DNA of 51,678 nt from a virus. The notes under the pieces were generated by a model. That model searched no databases and had not been told where the DNA came from. It was given only the letters and a program-made list of their open reading frames with translations. Below, piece after piece: positions 8,847 to 18,639 of the stretch (position 1 is its first letter; each line of letters begins with the position of its first letter). Where the stretch lies: the IMG/VR virus record IMGVR_UViG_3300010162_000002. One strand, 5' to 3'. Both the position numbers and the translations under genes were made by a program.

Positions 8847-8872
8847 ATTTGATGGGCGGTGGTGATAGTGAT

Positions 8873-10867
8873 ATGGAGATCAGAGAGCAGGCCCGGAAAG
8901 ATTACGAGGCGGGGGTGTCGCCGTCTGAAATTGCCGCGAAGTATGACCTAAAGCCGGACACTGTACGCAAGTGGGCTAACCGGCATTGGAAGAAGGACAC
9001 AGGACAGGACAAAGCGCGGGACAAAAAAACAGGACAGCGGGACAGGAAAAAGAAACCGCCTAAGTTACGCGTAAAAACAGGCATTGGCGGTAATGGCAAC
9101 CTAGTACCACTGAACCAACGAACAAAGGACGAACAAAGGGCAATCCAGTCTATAGGTGGCATTGCTTCCGGTGAATCTAGGCGCGAAAAAAGGCGCGCCA
9201 AGGAAATGATGGAATCCATCCTTTCAAGCCGTGCGGACAGAGAAACCACACAAAGGCTAATTGTTGCTGGACATCCTGAGGGTGATGTTACGCTCGCGCT
9301 GTCAATGAGGCAAAATTTATTCGACCTCGCGATGGGGCGCGGCATGACCGCCCTGCAGGCAATTAAATACATTGATGAAATCATGGGCGATAACCCGAAG
9401 TTAATGCTAAAAGAGCGAGAAATCGCCGCAAAGGAAGCCGCGGTGAGCGTCCAAGCAGTCAACATCACCCCATCGATGGAGCAATATGCAGCATTCAGAA
9501 TGGCCGAGAATTACTTATGGGAGTTCTGCAAGCTAAGAGTGCCTAGGGTATACACTGCGGAGGCGCATTATCTTAGGGAGTGCTGTCAGGCACTGCAAGA
9601 TTTCGAGACTGACGATACCGAACTGCTAGTATTCGAGCTGCCGCCGCGCCATGGCAAGAGCCTAACTGTAAGACACGCTGCGCAGTGGTACCTTGGACGC
9701 AATCCTAATTTACGATTAGTCGGAGCAAGCTATAATCAAAAATTAGCACGTAAGCTCTCCAAGGGCATTCGGAACGACATTGGAGAACTAAAGGCTAGTG
9801 AAAAGCGACCAGTATTTTCGGACGTATTCCCAAATGTCAAGTTAAAACATGGTAGCTCACAGGTTGACTTGTGGCAGCTTGATGGATCAGAGCAGGAAAA
9901 TTACCTAGCAACGTCTCCCAAGTCAACCGCAACCGGTTTTGGTGGCGAAATTGTAATTATAGATGACATTATCAAAAACGCCTACGAAGCTAATCATAGA
10001 GGCATACTGGAAGATCACTTTGAGTGGTTCACGGATACTCTGTATTCGAGACTCGAAGGTCGGAGCAAGGTTATCCTTGTCATGACGAGATGGGCAACAA
10101 GAGACCTTATTGGGCGCGTTGTGGCTATGTATCGAGAGCAAGGACGCAAGATCCGCATTATCACGAAAAAAGCCTTTGACGGCAAGAAAATGCTTAACCC
10201 AAGCCTTTTAGATAAAATCAAGTATGACAATTTGATTCGCACTATTGGTGAAGAAATTGTTCGCGCAAACTATGACCAGGAGCCAATCGACCTTAAGGGA
10301 CGGCTGTATAGCGAATTTAAAACCTATAGTGAGACCGAAAAGCCACAATTCAAGGCAGTATATGCAATATGCGACATTGCAGATGACGGAGATGATTATC
10401 TCTGCAATGGGATATATGGAGTGCCATACGGTAGCGATCCAAGTGCATATATGCTTGATGTGCTATACACCCGAGAAAGCATGGATAGTACTGAAGATAA
10501 AATTATCCAGCAACTACTTGACTATAACGTCACTGAGATGAGATTCGAAAAAAACTTTGGTGGCCGTGCTTGGAAGAAGGTCTTAGAGGACAAATACAGA
10601 AAGGCTGGTGGAACGAAATGTCAGTTCATCGTATATTCACAGGCCCGAAACAAAGAGGCAAAAATATTAGCTACATCCTCGACCGTTACGCGCAAAGTTA
10701 TAATGCCAGAGGCATGGGACAGATGGTGGCCTAAATTTTTCATTGATGTAACAGAGTTTTTGCGCACCGGGAAAAACTCTCACGATGATGCGCAAGATAT
10801 GTTATCAGAATTGGTATTACGGGGATTAAAAATAACAACTGATGTTGCAGGGCTGGTGAGACGATAA
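8873..10867 (+). CDS. terL: terminase large subunit with an N-terminal small-subunit-like HTH extension (664 aa)
   Basis: N-terminal HTH: DYEAGVSPSEIAAKYDLKPDTVRKWANR plus a basic tract. ATPase Walker A-like PPRHGKS and Walker B VIIDDI. Nuclease region ICDIADDGDDY. The track start at 8738 runs through the terminators and was rejected. Confidence 0.85.
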   Translation: MEIREQARKDYEAGVSPSEIAAKYDLKPDTVRKWANRHWKKDTGQDKARDKKTGQRDRKKKPPKLRVKTGIGGNGNLVPLNQRTKDEQRAIQSIGGIASGESRREKRRAKEMMESILSSRADRETTQRLIVAGHPEGDVTLALSMRQNLFDLAMGRGMTALQAIKYIDEIMGDNPKLMLKEREIAAKEAAVSVQAVNITPSMEQYAAFRMAENYLWEFCKLRVPRVYTAEAHYLRECCQALQDFETDDTELLVFELPPRHGKSLTVRHAAQWYLGRNPNLRLVGASYNQKLARKLSKGIRNDIGELKASEKRPVFSDVFPNVKLKHGSSQVDLWQLDGSEQENYLATSPKSTATGFGGEIVIIDDIIKNAYEANHRGILEDHFEWFTDTLYSRLEGRSKVILVMTRWATRDLIGRVVAMYREQGRKIRIITKKAFDGKKMLNPSLLDKIKYDNLIRTIGEEIVRANYDQEPIDLKGRLYSEFKTYSETEKPQFKAVYAICDIADDGDDYLCNGIYGVPYGSDPSAYMLDVLYTRESMDSTEDKIIQQLLDYNVTEMRFEKNFGGRAWKKVLEDKYRKAGGTKCQFIVYSQARNKEAKILATSSTVTRKVIMPEAWDRWWPKFFIDVTEFLRTGKNSHDDAQDMLSELVLRGLKITTDVAGLVRR

Positions 10868-12376
10868 ATGCCAATAGCTACAATACAAAAAATGCAAGCC
10901 GCACGAGATACTGGAAAGTTGAAATCGTGGTTGGTTGATACTGTGGATGCTTACCTCGCATCTGAGCAATATGCCGACTATGTCAAATTCGAGAAATATC
11001 ATGCAGGCAAAAATCCCGTGCTAACGGCGTATAGAAATATTGTAAATGTCGAAGGCGGTGAATCACTTGACCTGACCCCCTCCAATAAAATGTCAAGCGG
11101 TTTTTTTGGAATACATGTAAGTCACATTACCGGCAGGCTGAGAGATAATCCCGTGCAGATCTTGCCGTACCTGGGCGAAGCCGCAAAAACGAAAGAGGCG
11201 CAGCAGGAGCGCAGCAAAGCCACAAAATTACTAAAATTAAAGCTAGGAAAAAATTATGACACTACAATCCATGTCACATCAAAATATGCTGCGATACACG
11301 GTATCACATATACATTCAAAAACCATGATGTGCTACAGCATTTTAGGGCAACGGAATACTTTATGTTACCAGATGCATATACCGGGGCATTTAACGCTGG
11401 GGTTCGATTTTGGCAGATTGACAAGAGCGATCCAGAGATGCCATGGGTAATCCAGCTATATGAGGAAAATGGCCTCTCCACCTGGACACGAGACAGCAGG
11501 ACAAACATCCTCACGCCTGTATATTGGGAGGGCGGAGCATGGAGGGAGCATATCGGCAATGGGCACCAGCAGCCATACCGCACCAACTTGCCGATAGGTG
11601 GCGCAGGGTATGTTGCAACCACCCCCCCGGAGCCAGGCGAACCTTATCCCGGATTTCCAGTTGTACCATTGTACGCCAATCCGGAGCATGTGAGCGAACT
11701 GACTCCGCCTCTTGAGGCGATACTAATCGCTCGTGACATGTTGCGCACTAATTATATGGACGAGGCTAACAAAATGCGCTTCATCCAGTGGCTTATACAG
11801 GGCTACGGCGGTGATGTTGGGAAAATTGATGCAATGGTTGATACTATGGTGAAGCTGGGCGTGCTCGTACTTCCAGGCCAATCGGATGAGACTAAGGTTC
11901 AGATGACTATAAATGAGCCACCATATCTTGCACATCGTGAACAAATGAGAATGCTGGGAGACGAGTACTGGCGATTTGCGCAGATCCTGAATATTGACGC
12001 AGTTGTACGAGGTGACATTAGGGTGGACGCAATATCGGGAATGTTGCGCCGCGAAGATACGAAAATGGTCGGAGTTGAGGCGGAAGCTCGTTTGCATGCT
12101 GAGCGGCTTTTAGCCCTTGAGAATGTACATGATGCGACGATTGTTTTCGAGCATAAATTACTGATAAATGCCGGAGAGGTCGCGCAAGTTATATCACAGA
12201 TGACTCCCGACATGCCATTCAAGTGGCGATTATTCCACAATCCTAAGATTGACAACGCTCTTATCGACGATATTATTGAGGATTATGATGCTGAATCCAT
12301 CGGCCAGACTGATAAAGATATAGCCACCTACGAGTACTTGAAGGAAAAAGCTCGCCTCGAAGCGGGAGGGGAATAA
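10868..12376 (+). CDS. portal protein (SPP1 gp6-like size and position)
   Basis: 502 aa, starting 1 nt after the terminase stop. Canonical terminase-portal-minor head order. Confidence 0.75.
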   Translation: MPIATIQKMQAARDTGKLKSWLVDTVDAYLASEQYADYVKFEKYHAGKNPVLTAYRNIVNVEGGESLDLTPSNKMSSGFFGIHVSHITGRLRDNPVQILPYLGEAAKTKEAQQERSKATKLLKLKLGKNYDTTIHVTSKYAAIHGITYTFKNHDVLQHFRATEYFMLPDAYTGAFNAGVRFWQIDKSDPEMPWVIQLYEENGLSTWTRDSRTNILTPVYWEGGAWREHIGNGHQQPYRTNLPIGGAGYVATTPPEPGEPYPGFPVVPLYANPEHVSELTPPLEAILIARDMLRTNYMDEANKMRFIQWLIQGYGGDVGKIDAMVDTMVKLGVLVLPGQSDETKVQMTINEPPYLAHREQMRMLGDEYWRFAQILNIDAVVRGDIRVDAISGMLRREDTKMVGVEAEARLHAERLLALENVHDATIVFEHKLLINAGEVAQVISQMTPDMPFKWRLFHNPKIDNALIDDIIEDYDAESIGQTDKDIATYEYLKEKARLEAGGE

Positions 12377-12379
12377 CCC

Positions 12380-13381
12380 ATGGATGAGGCAGTGCAGCAT
12401 CGCTTTCGCATGTTAGATCGGAGATTACAGCGGCGATACAATCAAGTATCAAGCCGCTTAGCAAGGCAGCACGACCAGGCACTTCAACGCCTTTTGCGCG
12501 AATTTACGCCAAATCCCGATTCGACTATCTCGGACAACGAAGCGTTAGCACGCGAGGCTATCCAACGAATTAACCGTGAGACAATAATCAGAGATTCGCT
12601 CGGCAGGATCAAGCAGCAAGGCTTTTGTGATAGCATTATCGATGTAATTGCACAAGAAAGCGTGAATGCAGGGAGTAGGGTCGAAAGCGAAAGCTTAAGC
12701 CTTTTTGTAGACAGCTATAGTCGTGAATTACAAAAAATAAATCGACAAGCAAAAAAATCACAAGGATTTTTGCGGCGCATTGCAAGCTGGATCGGGATTG
12801 GTGCAGTGGCGATCACAAGGACGCTAGGCCATCAGGATTTGCAAAATATACACCGTGGATACTTGTCATTCCAATCCACAAGACAGGCACAAGGGATTGC
12901 AGGTACGGCAATATCACAACTTGCAGCAGATCGACATCGGTCAGACTTCTTCTTTCATCGATCCTTACAGCGCATGGGCGCAACATACCCGATACGAGCG
13001 CAAATAATGAACGAATTTGCGGTACGGATGGCGCGAGGCGAGAGCATACACTCTTTAGCGCGCGGAATTCGAAATGTCACAAATTCAGCATATTATCGAG
13101 CAAAACGAACAGCCAAAACGGAGTGTTTGCGAAGCTCATCAATGGGCGCACATCTTGCCGCTTGTCAGGCCGCGAACGAGCATGGTTTGCGGATGAGGAA
13201 GAAATGGCACCACACACATGGACAGGATAACCCGCGCCTTGATCACAAGGAAATGCAGAGCGAAATCCGAGAGCTTAACGAACCGTTTTCCAATGGGGGG
13301 CAGTATCCGCGCGATGCCAACTTATCAGCAGAGGAGAGCATAAACTGTGGGTGCTGGGTAACATATGAGGTTGTGATTTAA
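12380..13381 (+). CDS. head morphogenesis / minor capsid protein (Mu F / SPP1 gp7-like)
   Basis: The C-terminal half (RAKRTAKTECLRSSSMGAH...WHHTHGQDNPRLDHKEMQSE...F) matches the Phage_Mu_F pattern. Positioned after the portal. Confidence 0.7.
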   Translation: MDEAVQHRFRMLDRRLQRRYNQVSSRLARQHDQALQRLLREFTPNPDSTISDNEALAREAIQRINRETIIRDSLGRIKQQGFCDSIIDVIAQESVNAGSRVESESLSLFVDSYSRELQKINRQAKKSQGFLRRIASWIGIGAVAITRTLGHQDLQNIHRGYLSFQSTRQAQGIAGTAISQLAADRHRSDFFFHRSLQRMGATYPIRAQIMNEFAVRMARGESIHSLARGIRNVTNSAYYRAKRTAKTECLRSSSMGAHLAACQAANEHGLRMRKKWHHTHGQDNPRLDHKEMQSEIRELNEPFSNGGQYPRDANLSAEESINCGCWVTYEVVI

Positions 13382-13752
13382 TGTCTGTGCAATTTAAATC
13401 AAACGAAGCGGCGGTGCTTAAGCAATTTAACTCTAACAAGGCGGCACTGCTAACCGCATGGGGCATAAACTACACCACACGTGCTGTCGATGAGATGGAT
13501 AAAGGCATATATCATGCCCCAAAATCCGAAAGCGGATACGATCGCACCGGGCGACTCAGAGCGGGGCAGGAATATCAAGTTAATTTAGAGAAATGGGAAG
13601 TCCTTGTTGGAAACACAGTGCTATATGCAATTTTTGTAGAGCTTGGAACAAGGTATATGATGGGATATCCATTTATGCGAAATGCGATCAATGCATTTGC
13701 CGCAGAAGCTGAAAAGCTAGCAAGAGAAATAATGGGCAAGGGGTTTGATTAA
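13381..13752 (+). CDS. HK97 gp10-like phage protein
   Basis: TGRLRAGQ...VGNTVLYAIFVELGTRYMMGYPFMRNA resembles the HK97 gp10 family signature. Confidence 0.5.
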   Translation: MSVQFKSNEAAVLKQFNSNKAALLTAWGINYTTRAVDEMDKGIYHAPKSESGYDRTGRLRAGQEYQVNLEKWEVLVGNTVLYAIFVELGTRYMMGYPFMRNAINAFAAEAEKLAREIMGKGFD

Positions 13753-13777
13753 CCCCCGCCAAGAGATGAGGTAAATT

Positions 13778-14158
13778 ATGGGATTAAACTTTGAGCGGCA
13801 CACGGTGGTAGTAATACCGCTTGAAAAACTTGATGAATTACGGATATCATACGAAAAACAAAAAGAACTCTTACGAAGCGACCCGATGAAAAAGGCAGCT
13901 GTCAAGACTTTGCAAGGAAAAGGGTACACATATCACGGCGGCATGGAGTGGGCGCCACCACTGGGACGGACACCAGATTTAAGCTTGCTAGACAAAATGC
14001 AAGCTGAAATTGATCAGCTAAAACGCGACAAGAGGGACCTTGAATGCGTAGCGCGTGGCGAAATTGCCATATGTGGGCTATGTGAGAATAAGCATGGCAC
14101 AGATAATCATTGTAAGCCATGCACAGGCTATCCAAACTTCAAGCACAAAAGACGCTAA
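13778..14158 (+). CDS. hypothetical protein with a Cys-rich C-terminus
   Basis: ORF with a gagg RBS. Contains CGLCENKHGTDNHCKPC. Confidence 0.45.
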   Translation: MGLNFERHTVVVIPLEKLDELRISYEKQKELLRSDPMKKAAVKTLQGKGYTYHGGMEWAPPLGRTPDLSLLDKMQAEIDQLKRDKRDLECVARGEIAICGLCENKHGTDNHCKPCTGYPNFKHKRR

Positions 14159-14173
14159 AAAGCGTCTTTTTAT
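14149..14173 (+). terminator. intrinsic terminator
   Basis: 8-bp stem AAGACGCT-aaaa-AGCGTCTT followed by ttt. The stop codon sits in the loop. Confidence 0.7.
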
Positions 14174-14290
14174 ATTAGCTGGTGAGCGCATAAACACAAA
14201 AAATAGCTTGCTGTGTAGCGCAAAAACATGGCTAGGCCCAAGGTGAAATGACACCGTATAAAAAATACAGGCGAGATACAGGAGGATTCT

Positions 14291-15043
14291 ATGGCAATGA
14301 CACAAAAGTTTATTAAGGGGCTTCTGACCCCCGCGAAAGGCGCAGACGGCTTTGATCTTGATGGGGTTGTAGATGATATCTTCACTGCTTCCAAGCAACA
14401 ATTAGACGATTTGAGGACAAAAAAAGATGGCGAAATAGCCACCCTTAAGACCCGAATTTCAGATATCGAACACGAACGCGATGCCCTTCTGAATGACGAT
14501 AGCGGGGACGGCTTTGAGCAAAAACTCAAAGATGAAGTCGCGGCTCATGCCGCAACAAAGATCGCGCTGGAAAGAGATCGAGATGATGAAAAAGCTGCGC
14601 ACGAAGCAACCAGAGCAAGGTATCAAGATGAAAAGGACGGCATTCTAATTGATAGTCTTTTCTCAGATGCACTCAAGGCACATAAGGACGATAAAGGGCG
14701 CAGCATTTCACCTGCTGTCATACCTGACATTTTAGACAGCCGGAGTTATGATCGCGCGGTATTCAAGCTAGAGCGCGACAATGACAATAGAATCGTGGCG
14801 ATTAAAAATATTGAGGATGTCTTGCCAAAATTTGCGGAGCGCTACGAAAGATACTACGGCACGACTCAAACCAAAGGTGCCAACACTGGTGACCCATCTG
14901 GCAGTGGCGGAAGTGGCGGAGCTACTAAAAACCCATGGCTAAAAGAGAATCGAAGCCTAGCTGAGCAAACGCGAATTGCAAGAGAAGATCCACAACTTGC
15001 TATGCAGATGGCTGCTGCGGCTGGGATTCCCCTAAAACTATAA
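14291..15043 (+). CDS. capsid scaffolding protein (GP20-like, coiled coil)
   Basis: Charged coiled-coil sequence, 250 aa, immediately upstream of the capsid gene. Confidence 0.6.
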   Translation: MAMTQKFIKGLLTPAKGADGFDLDGVVDDIFTASKQQLDDLRTKKDGEIATLKTRISDIEHERDALLNDDSGDGFEQKLKDEVAAHAATKIALERDRDDEKAAHEATRARYQDEKDGILIDSLFSDALKAHKDDKGRSISPAVIPDILDSRSYDRAVFKLERDNDNRIVAIKNIEDVLPKFAERYERYYGTTQTKGANTGDPSGSGGSGGATKNPWLKENRSLAEQTRIAREDPQLAMQMAAAAGIPLKL

Positions 15044-15062
15044 ACATAAGGAGTTGTGAAAT

Positions 15063-16223
15063 ATGGCTGGATTAGGCACAAGAATACAAGATGTAATTAT
15101 TCCCAAGGTATATACGCCGTATATGCGGCAAGAAATTATTGAGAGAAGCGCGATTATACAATCTGGCGTTACTTCTCAAAACGAACTTTTATCAGAAAAA
15201 GCGAGTTCCGGTGGCCAGACTGTAGAAATGCCAATGTGGGAACGCCTTGAAGGTGATTCCACAGAGCAGAACGACGGCACCCGAAACCCTGATTTCGGCA
15301 AAATCGAAACATTGCAAGACACTGCCATAGTGCACCGACGTGAAAAGCATTGGTCTAGCGCAAACTTGGCAAGCGCACTAGCAGGTAGCTCCGCGCAAGA
15401 TGCAATAGCTGCGATGGAGGCAGAGTGGCGCATCCGAGAGGAGCAGAAGTTCCTACTCGCGACACTCGCAGGCGTTTTTGCATCCGCGAATATGGGTCCG
15501 CTCATTGCAGATGCAGAAGGGAAAGAGGTAGACGCGACAATGCTGCTTTACGCGCAGCAGCTTTTAGGTGACAATTCTGATATTCTATCGGTTTATTTGG
15601 TCAATTCATTGACATTGACTCGTCTTAAAATCCTTAATCTGATTGATTATATTCCTAACTCCCGCGGCGAAATAGCATTCACGGCCTACCAAGGAAAGCG
15701 GATTGTGCAAGACGACACAGTCGCAGCAGGCGAGACGTACGCACTTGCAAGCGGCGTTGTAGGACGTGGCGACGGCAGTCCTGTTGATGAAGTGCCGCAC
15801 GCTGTATGGCGTGATGAGGGCAAGAACATTGATGTCCTAACGAGTCGATGGACAAATATCCTCCATATCTTCGGTATTCGCTGGAAAGGCACAATGGCAG
15901 GAAAATCCCCGACACTTACAGAGTTACGCACAGGCGCAAACTGGGAGCGCGTCTATCCCACAAAACATATCGGCGCGGTAAAAATTAAGCACGGTACAGT
16001 TGCGAATCCGTTTGCTTCCGGAATTACAGGGGCTTCGATTTTCGGCGAAGACGGTAGCGTATCTCCATTGATGCGACAGATGACCTACGATCCAATAGCG
16101 ATCATGGACATGAATGTAACGCAATTACGCGATTTTGCCAAAGAAAAAGGCATAGAAATCCCCGCCGGCATGACGGGCCAAGAAAACATCCGCACACACA
16201 TTGAAGGTATGCTACATCAATGA
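15063..16223 (+). CDS. major capsid protein
   Basis: 386 aa, directly after the scaffold gene, with a strong aaggag RBS. Called on position and size. Confidence 0.7.
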   Translation: MAGLGTRIQDVIIPKVYTPYMRQEIIERSAIIQSGVTSQNELLSEKASSGGQTVEMPMWERLEGDSTEQNDGTRNPDFGKIETLQDTAIVHRREKHWSSANLASALAGSSAQDAIAAMEAEWRIREEQKFLLATLAGVFASANMGPLIADAEGKEVDATMLLYAQQLLGDNSDILSVYLVNSLTLTRLKILNLIDYIPNSRGEIAFTAYQGKRIVQDDTVAAGETYALASGVVGRGDGSPVDEVPHAVWRDEGKNIDVLTSRWTNILHIFGIRWKGTMAGKSPTLTELRTGANWERVYPTKHIGAVKIKHGTVANPFASGITGASIFGEDGSVSPLMRQMTYDPIAIMDMNVTQLRDFAKEKGIEIPAGMTGQENIRTHIEGMLHQ

Positions 16224-16765
16224 AGCTAAATGAGGCAATAAGGCAAACCATTAAGCATCTGCATAACGGAGGCATTTCCGGAGACTGGCTTAGCCCGCCT
16301 GAAAAAGGTACATTCATAATTGACGGCGGCGACATCTCCCTGAATGGCAATTTCGATCAGGGGGATTGGGTTGTTATTCTTGATAGTGGACAGCGCTACA
16401 GTGGGATCTTTCTATTAGGGGGGGCTAATTATCTGCCCATCATGCCGCCAGAAATGCCTCTATATTCACTGCAAAACGGCACGGACGATAGCAAGCCTTT
16501 TGATGGCAAAAAAGTATTCGCAGGCGCTGTTTATCGGCTCATTTTGCCCATGGGTTTCGTTGATCTGTGCCGTGAATATGAGGAGCATGAAAGCGATCCC
16601 CAAAATGCACAGCGTAATGTTGTGGGTGAGAGCGAGAGTGTTATCGGCGGCGAGTCGTGGAGTGTAAAGCTATCGACAAAAGCGGATGGCTCCGCTCATA
16701 CATGGTTTGATTTAAATGGGGACAAATTGCCGCCGCTTGTCATGTGGCCAGCGGTAACCATCTAG
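16220..16765 (+). CDS. hypothetical head-associated protein
   Basis: ATGA overlap with the capsid gene stop. Confidence 0.5.
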   Translation: MKLNEAIRQTIKHLHNGGISGDWLSPPEKGTFIIDGGDISLNGNFDQGDWVVILDSGQRYSGIFLLGGANYLPIMPPEMPLYSLQNGTDDSKPFDGKKVFAGAVYRLILPMGFVDLCREYEEHESDPQNAQRNVVGESESVIGGESWSVKLSTKADGSAHTWFDLNGDKLPPLVMWPAVTI

Positions 16766-16773
16766 AGGTGAGG

Positions 16774-17193
16774 ATGAAAAGCGAACCAATAATAACATTC
16801 GCAAACGATGAACAACTGCAGGAAAGTCTGGGAGAGTGGCAGGCAAGGTTATTTTTAAATAATTGGACTATCCGCGCAAAAATTGCCCCATTTAAAGATA
16901 TCGATGCTTGTGGTGATTGCAGTGCAAATACGGTAAGGATGTTTGCCGAAATTCGCATATCCGAACACAAGAAATCATGGTTTGAGGATGTGCAGAAAAC
17001 GGTTGACGAACTGACACTTGTCCATGAATTATTGCATTTAAAGATAGGAAAAGTTCTTTCTTTTAACGCAGAAAGCCTGTCCTATCCGGCGGAATGCTTT
17101 GCCCTAGAAGAGCATGTACTGCTCGAACAAATGGCAAAGTCACTAATCATGGCGAAGTATAATTTACCATTCGAATGGTTTAAGAACATTTAG
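16774..17193 (+). CDS. SprT-like HExxH metallopeptidase-motif protein in the head-tail connector module
   Basis: ATG at 16774 with gaggtgagg RBS. Contains W.IRAK...CGDCS...IRIS... followed by LTLVHELLHL (HExxH). Confidence 0.5.
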   Translation: MKSEPIITFANDEQLQESLGEWQARLFLNNWTIRAKIAPFKDIDACGDCSANTVRMFAEIRISEHKKSWFEDVQKTVDELTLVHELLHLKIGKVLSFNAESLSYPAECFALEEHVLLEQMAKSLIMAKYNLPFEWFKNI

Positions 17194-17197
17194 CAAG

Positions 17198-17512
17198 GTG
17201 GTGGGGCAAGTGGCGACATACTGGGGTAGGCGGGGCGTAGAGTCAAAGGCAAGGCAAGATCCGGATATACCCGATAGCGTGTTTTTGCTAATAACCTACG
17301 AAAACGGCAAAAAGGTGCGGAAATTTCCGTGGAAGCGTAAGCGCGGCGGGAAGTGGATGCCGCATAGGGCTACGCTATTAAATGCAAGGCAATTTGCTGC
17401 GCGATATGGATATATCGCAGTGTTCAATGAAACAACCGAATATCTAAATGAATACTTTCCGAAAAAAGGTGGCTGGCCTACTTGGGCAAAGCACCAGAAA
17501 GAAAAGAGGTAG
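17198..17512 (+). CDS. head-tail joining module protein (hypothetical)
   Basis: GTG start; called on position only. Confidence 0.45.
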   Translation: MVGQVATYWGRRGVESKARQDPDIPDSVFLLITYENGKKVRKFPWKRKRGGKWMPHRATLLNARQFAARYGYIAVFNETTEYLNEYFPKKGGWPTWAKHQKEKR

Positions 17513-17517
17513 CGCGC

Positions 17518-17958
17518 ATGCCGATGGGTGCAAGAAGCGACGCAAGAAAGCAAGCGCGCTACAAAACATGGCATCTGCAGGGGTTTGCGCAAATCGAAAA
17601 CCCATTTCCGCCACCGCGATTCACGCAGGAGCTAGGGGATAAGGCAGAGATCAGAGGGCGCTTCATTCCTGCGCAAGACGATTTGTCGAGCCAAATGTTT
17701 CAAGGTGGGCGCGGGCGTTTTGTGGCCCCGAAAGTTCAAGTCGATGCGAGCGGACGAGAATTCAAGCTATTGCTTAACGATATTTTGCGAAATGAACAAG
17801 GGAAATATATCAAGCTTATCTCGGATGAGATTGAATCATCTGAGAATGCAACAGAGCAATTGCAGGTTTGGGCCGCAGAGGTAGTATCCAGGACTATTGA
17901 AGAACAGGCCGCCTCGCGACTTGCAGGTGACCCAGATAATCCGAATCTTGGGGTGTGA
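17518..17958 (+). CDS. head-tail joining module protein (hypothetical)
   Basis: ATG at 17518 with aagagg RBS, after the upstream stop at 17512. Confidence 0.5.
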   Translation: MPMGARSDARKQARYKTWHLQGFAQIENPFPPPRFTQELGDKAEIRGRFIPAQDDLSSQMFQGGRGRFVAPKVQVDASGREFKLLLNDILRNEQGKYIKLISDEIESSENATEQLQVWAAEVVSRTIEEQAASRLAGDPDNPNLGV

Positions 17959-17962
17959 ATAG

Positions 17963-18436
17963 ATGATTGAGGTTGTCAAGTCATATTACGAATTTTGGAC
18001 AGGACTGGATCCGATGACAGGCGAGCCTGTCGGCGGAGGGTTCTGGGATCCTGATGGGGGGCGGCTTTTGAGGGCGTTTCCTGAGGGCGGAGCATTCGAA
18101 AGAAGTGGTGGGCAGCTAGTGCGCGCATCATTAACATCGCCGTACATTGAGTATCCAGTGATGTTACCAGACTTTTCGCAGTCTGTCATCGCAATTACGT
18201 CCGTGTATACGCGCAATCTGAATAGTCCCGGAAATGTGGGATATGTCAGTCGCATCTTAAAGCAAATAGCAGACGCAATACCCGAAGGGGGTATCGTTTT
18301 GCAGCTTGATGATGACGCAGGTGCGATATGGCTACAGCGAGGGCGGGGGCAGCTTATGTCTACGATGGGTGACCCCGGAGATTCGGCAATCACAAAGGGT
18401 ATTGTAAACCTAACTTTGCGAGGCCACGTATTATGA
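17963..18436 (+). CDS. head-tail joining / tail completion protein (hypothetical)
   Basis: Called on position only. Confidence 0.5.
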   Translation: MIEVVKSYYEFWTGLDPMTGEPVGGGFWDPDGGRLLRAFPEGGAFERSGGQLVRASLTSPYIEYPVMLPDFSQSVIAITSVYTRNLNSPGNVGYVSRILKQIADAIPEGGIVLQLDDDAGAIWLQRGRGQLMSTMGDPGDSAITKGIVNLTLRGHVL

Positions 18437-18474
18437 TAAGCGTTTTTTAATTCAAAACAAAAGGAGGAGTAACT

Positions 18475-18639
18475 ATGGCTTCATTTTCAAGCGGGTGGGC
18501 AGGTGCTGCACCGGTCAAGGCCCATGAGCTTCCAAAAAAGCAACCCACCAAAGACAAGAGGGGCGCTTCTGGACAATCAAATAAAACCACAAAATACGGC
18601 AGTACAACAGATTCAGGGGCAGAAGGGAGCTACGGTTAA
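18475..18639 (+). CDS. small basic protein (54 aa), not in the ORF track
   Basis: ATG at 18475 with aaggagg RBS. TAATG overlap with the next gene. Confidence 0.4.
   Translation: MASFSSGWAGAAPVKAHELPKKQPTKDKRGASGQSNKTTKYGSTTDSGAEGSYG

Noticed and set aside
8738-8872. N-terminal extension of the terminase ORF to 8738
   Set aside because: The extension runs through three terminator-like hairpins and has no RBS. ATG 8873 begins the recognisable HTH domain.
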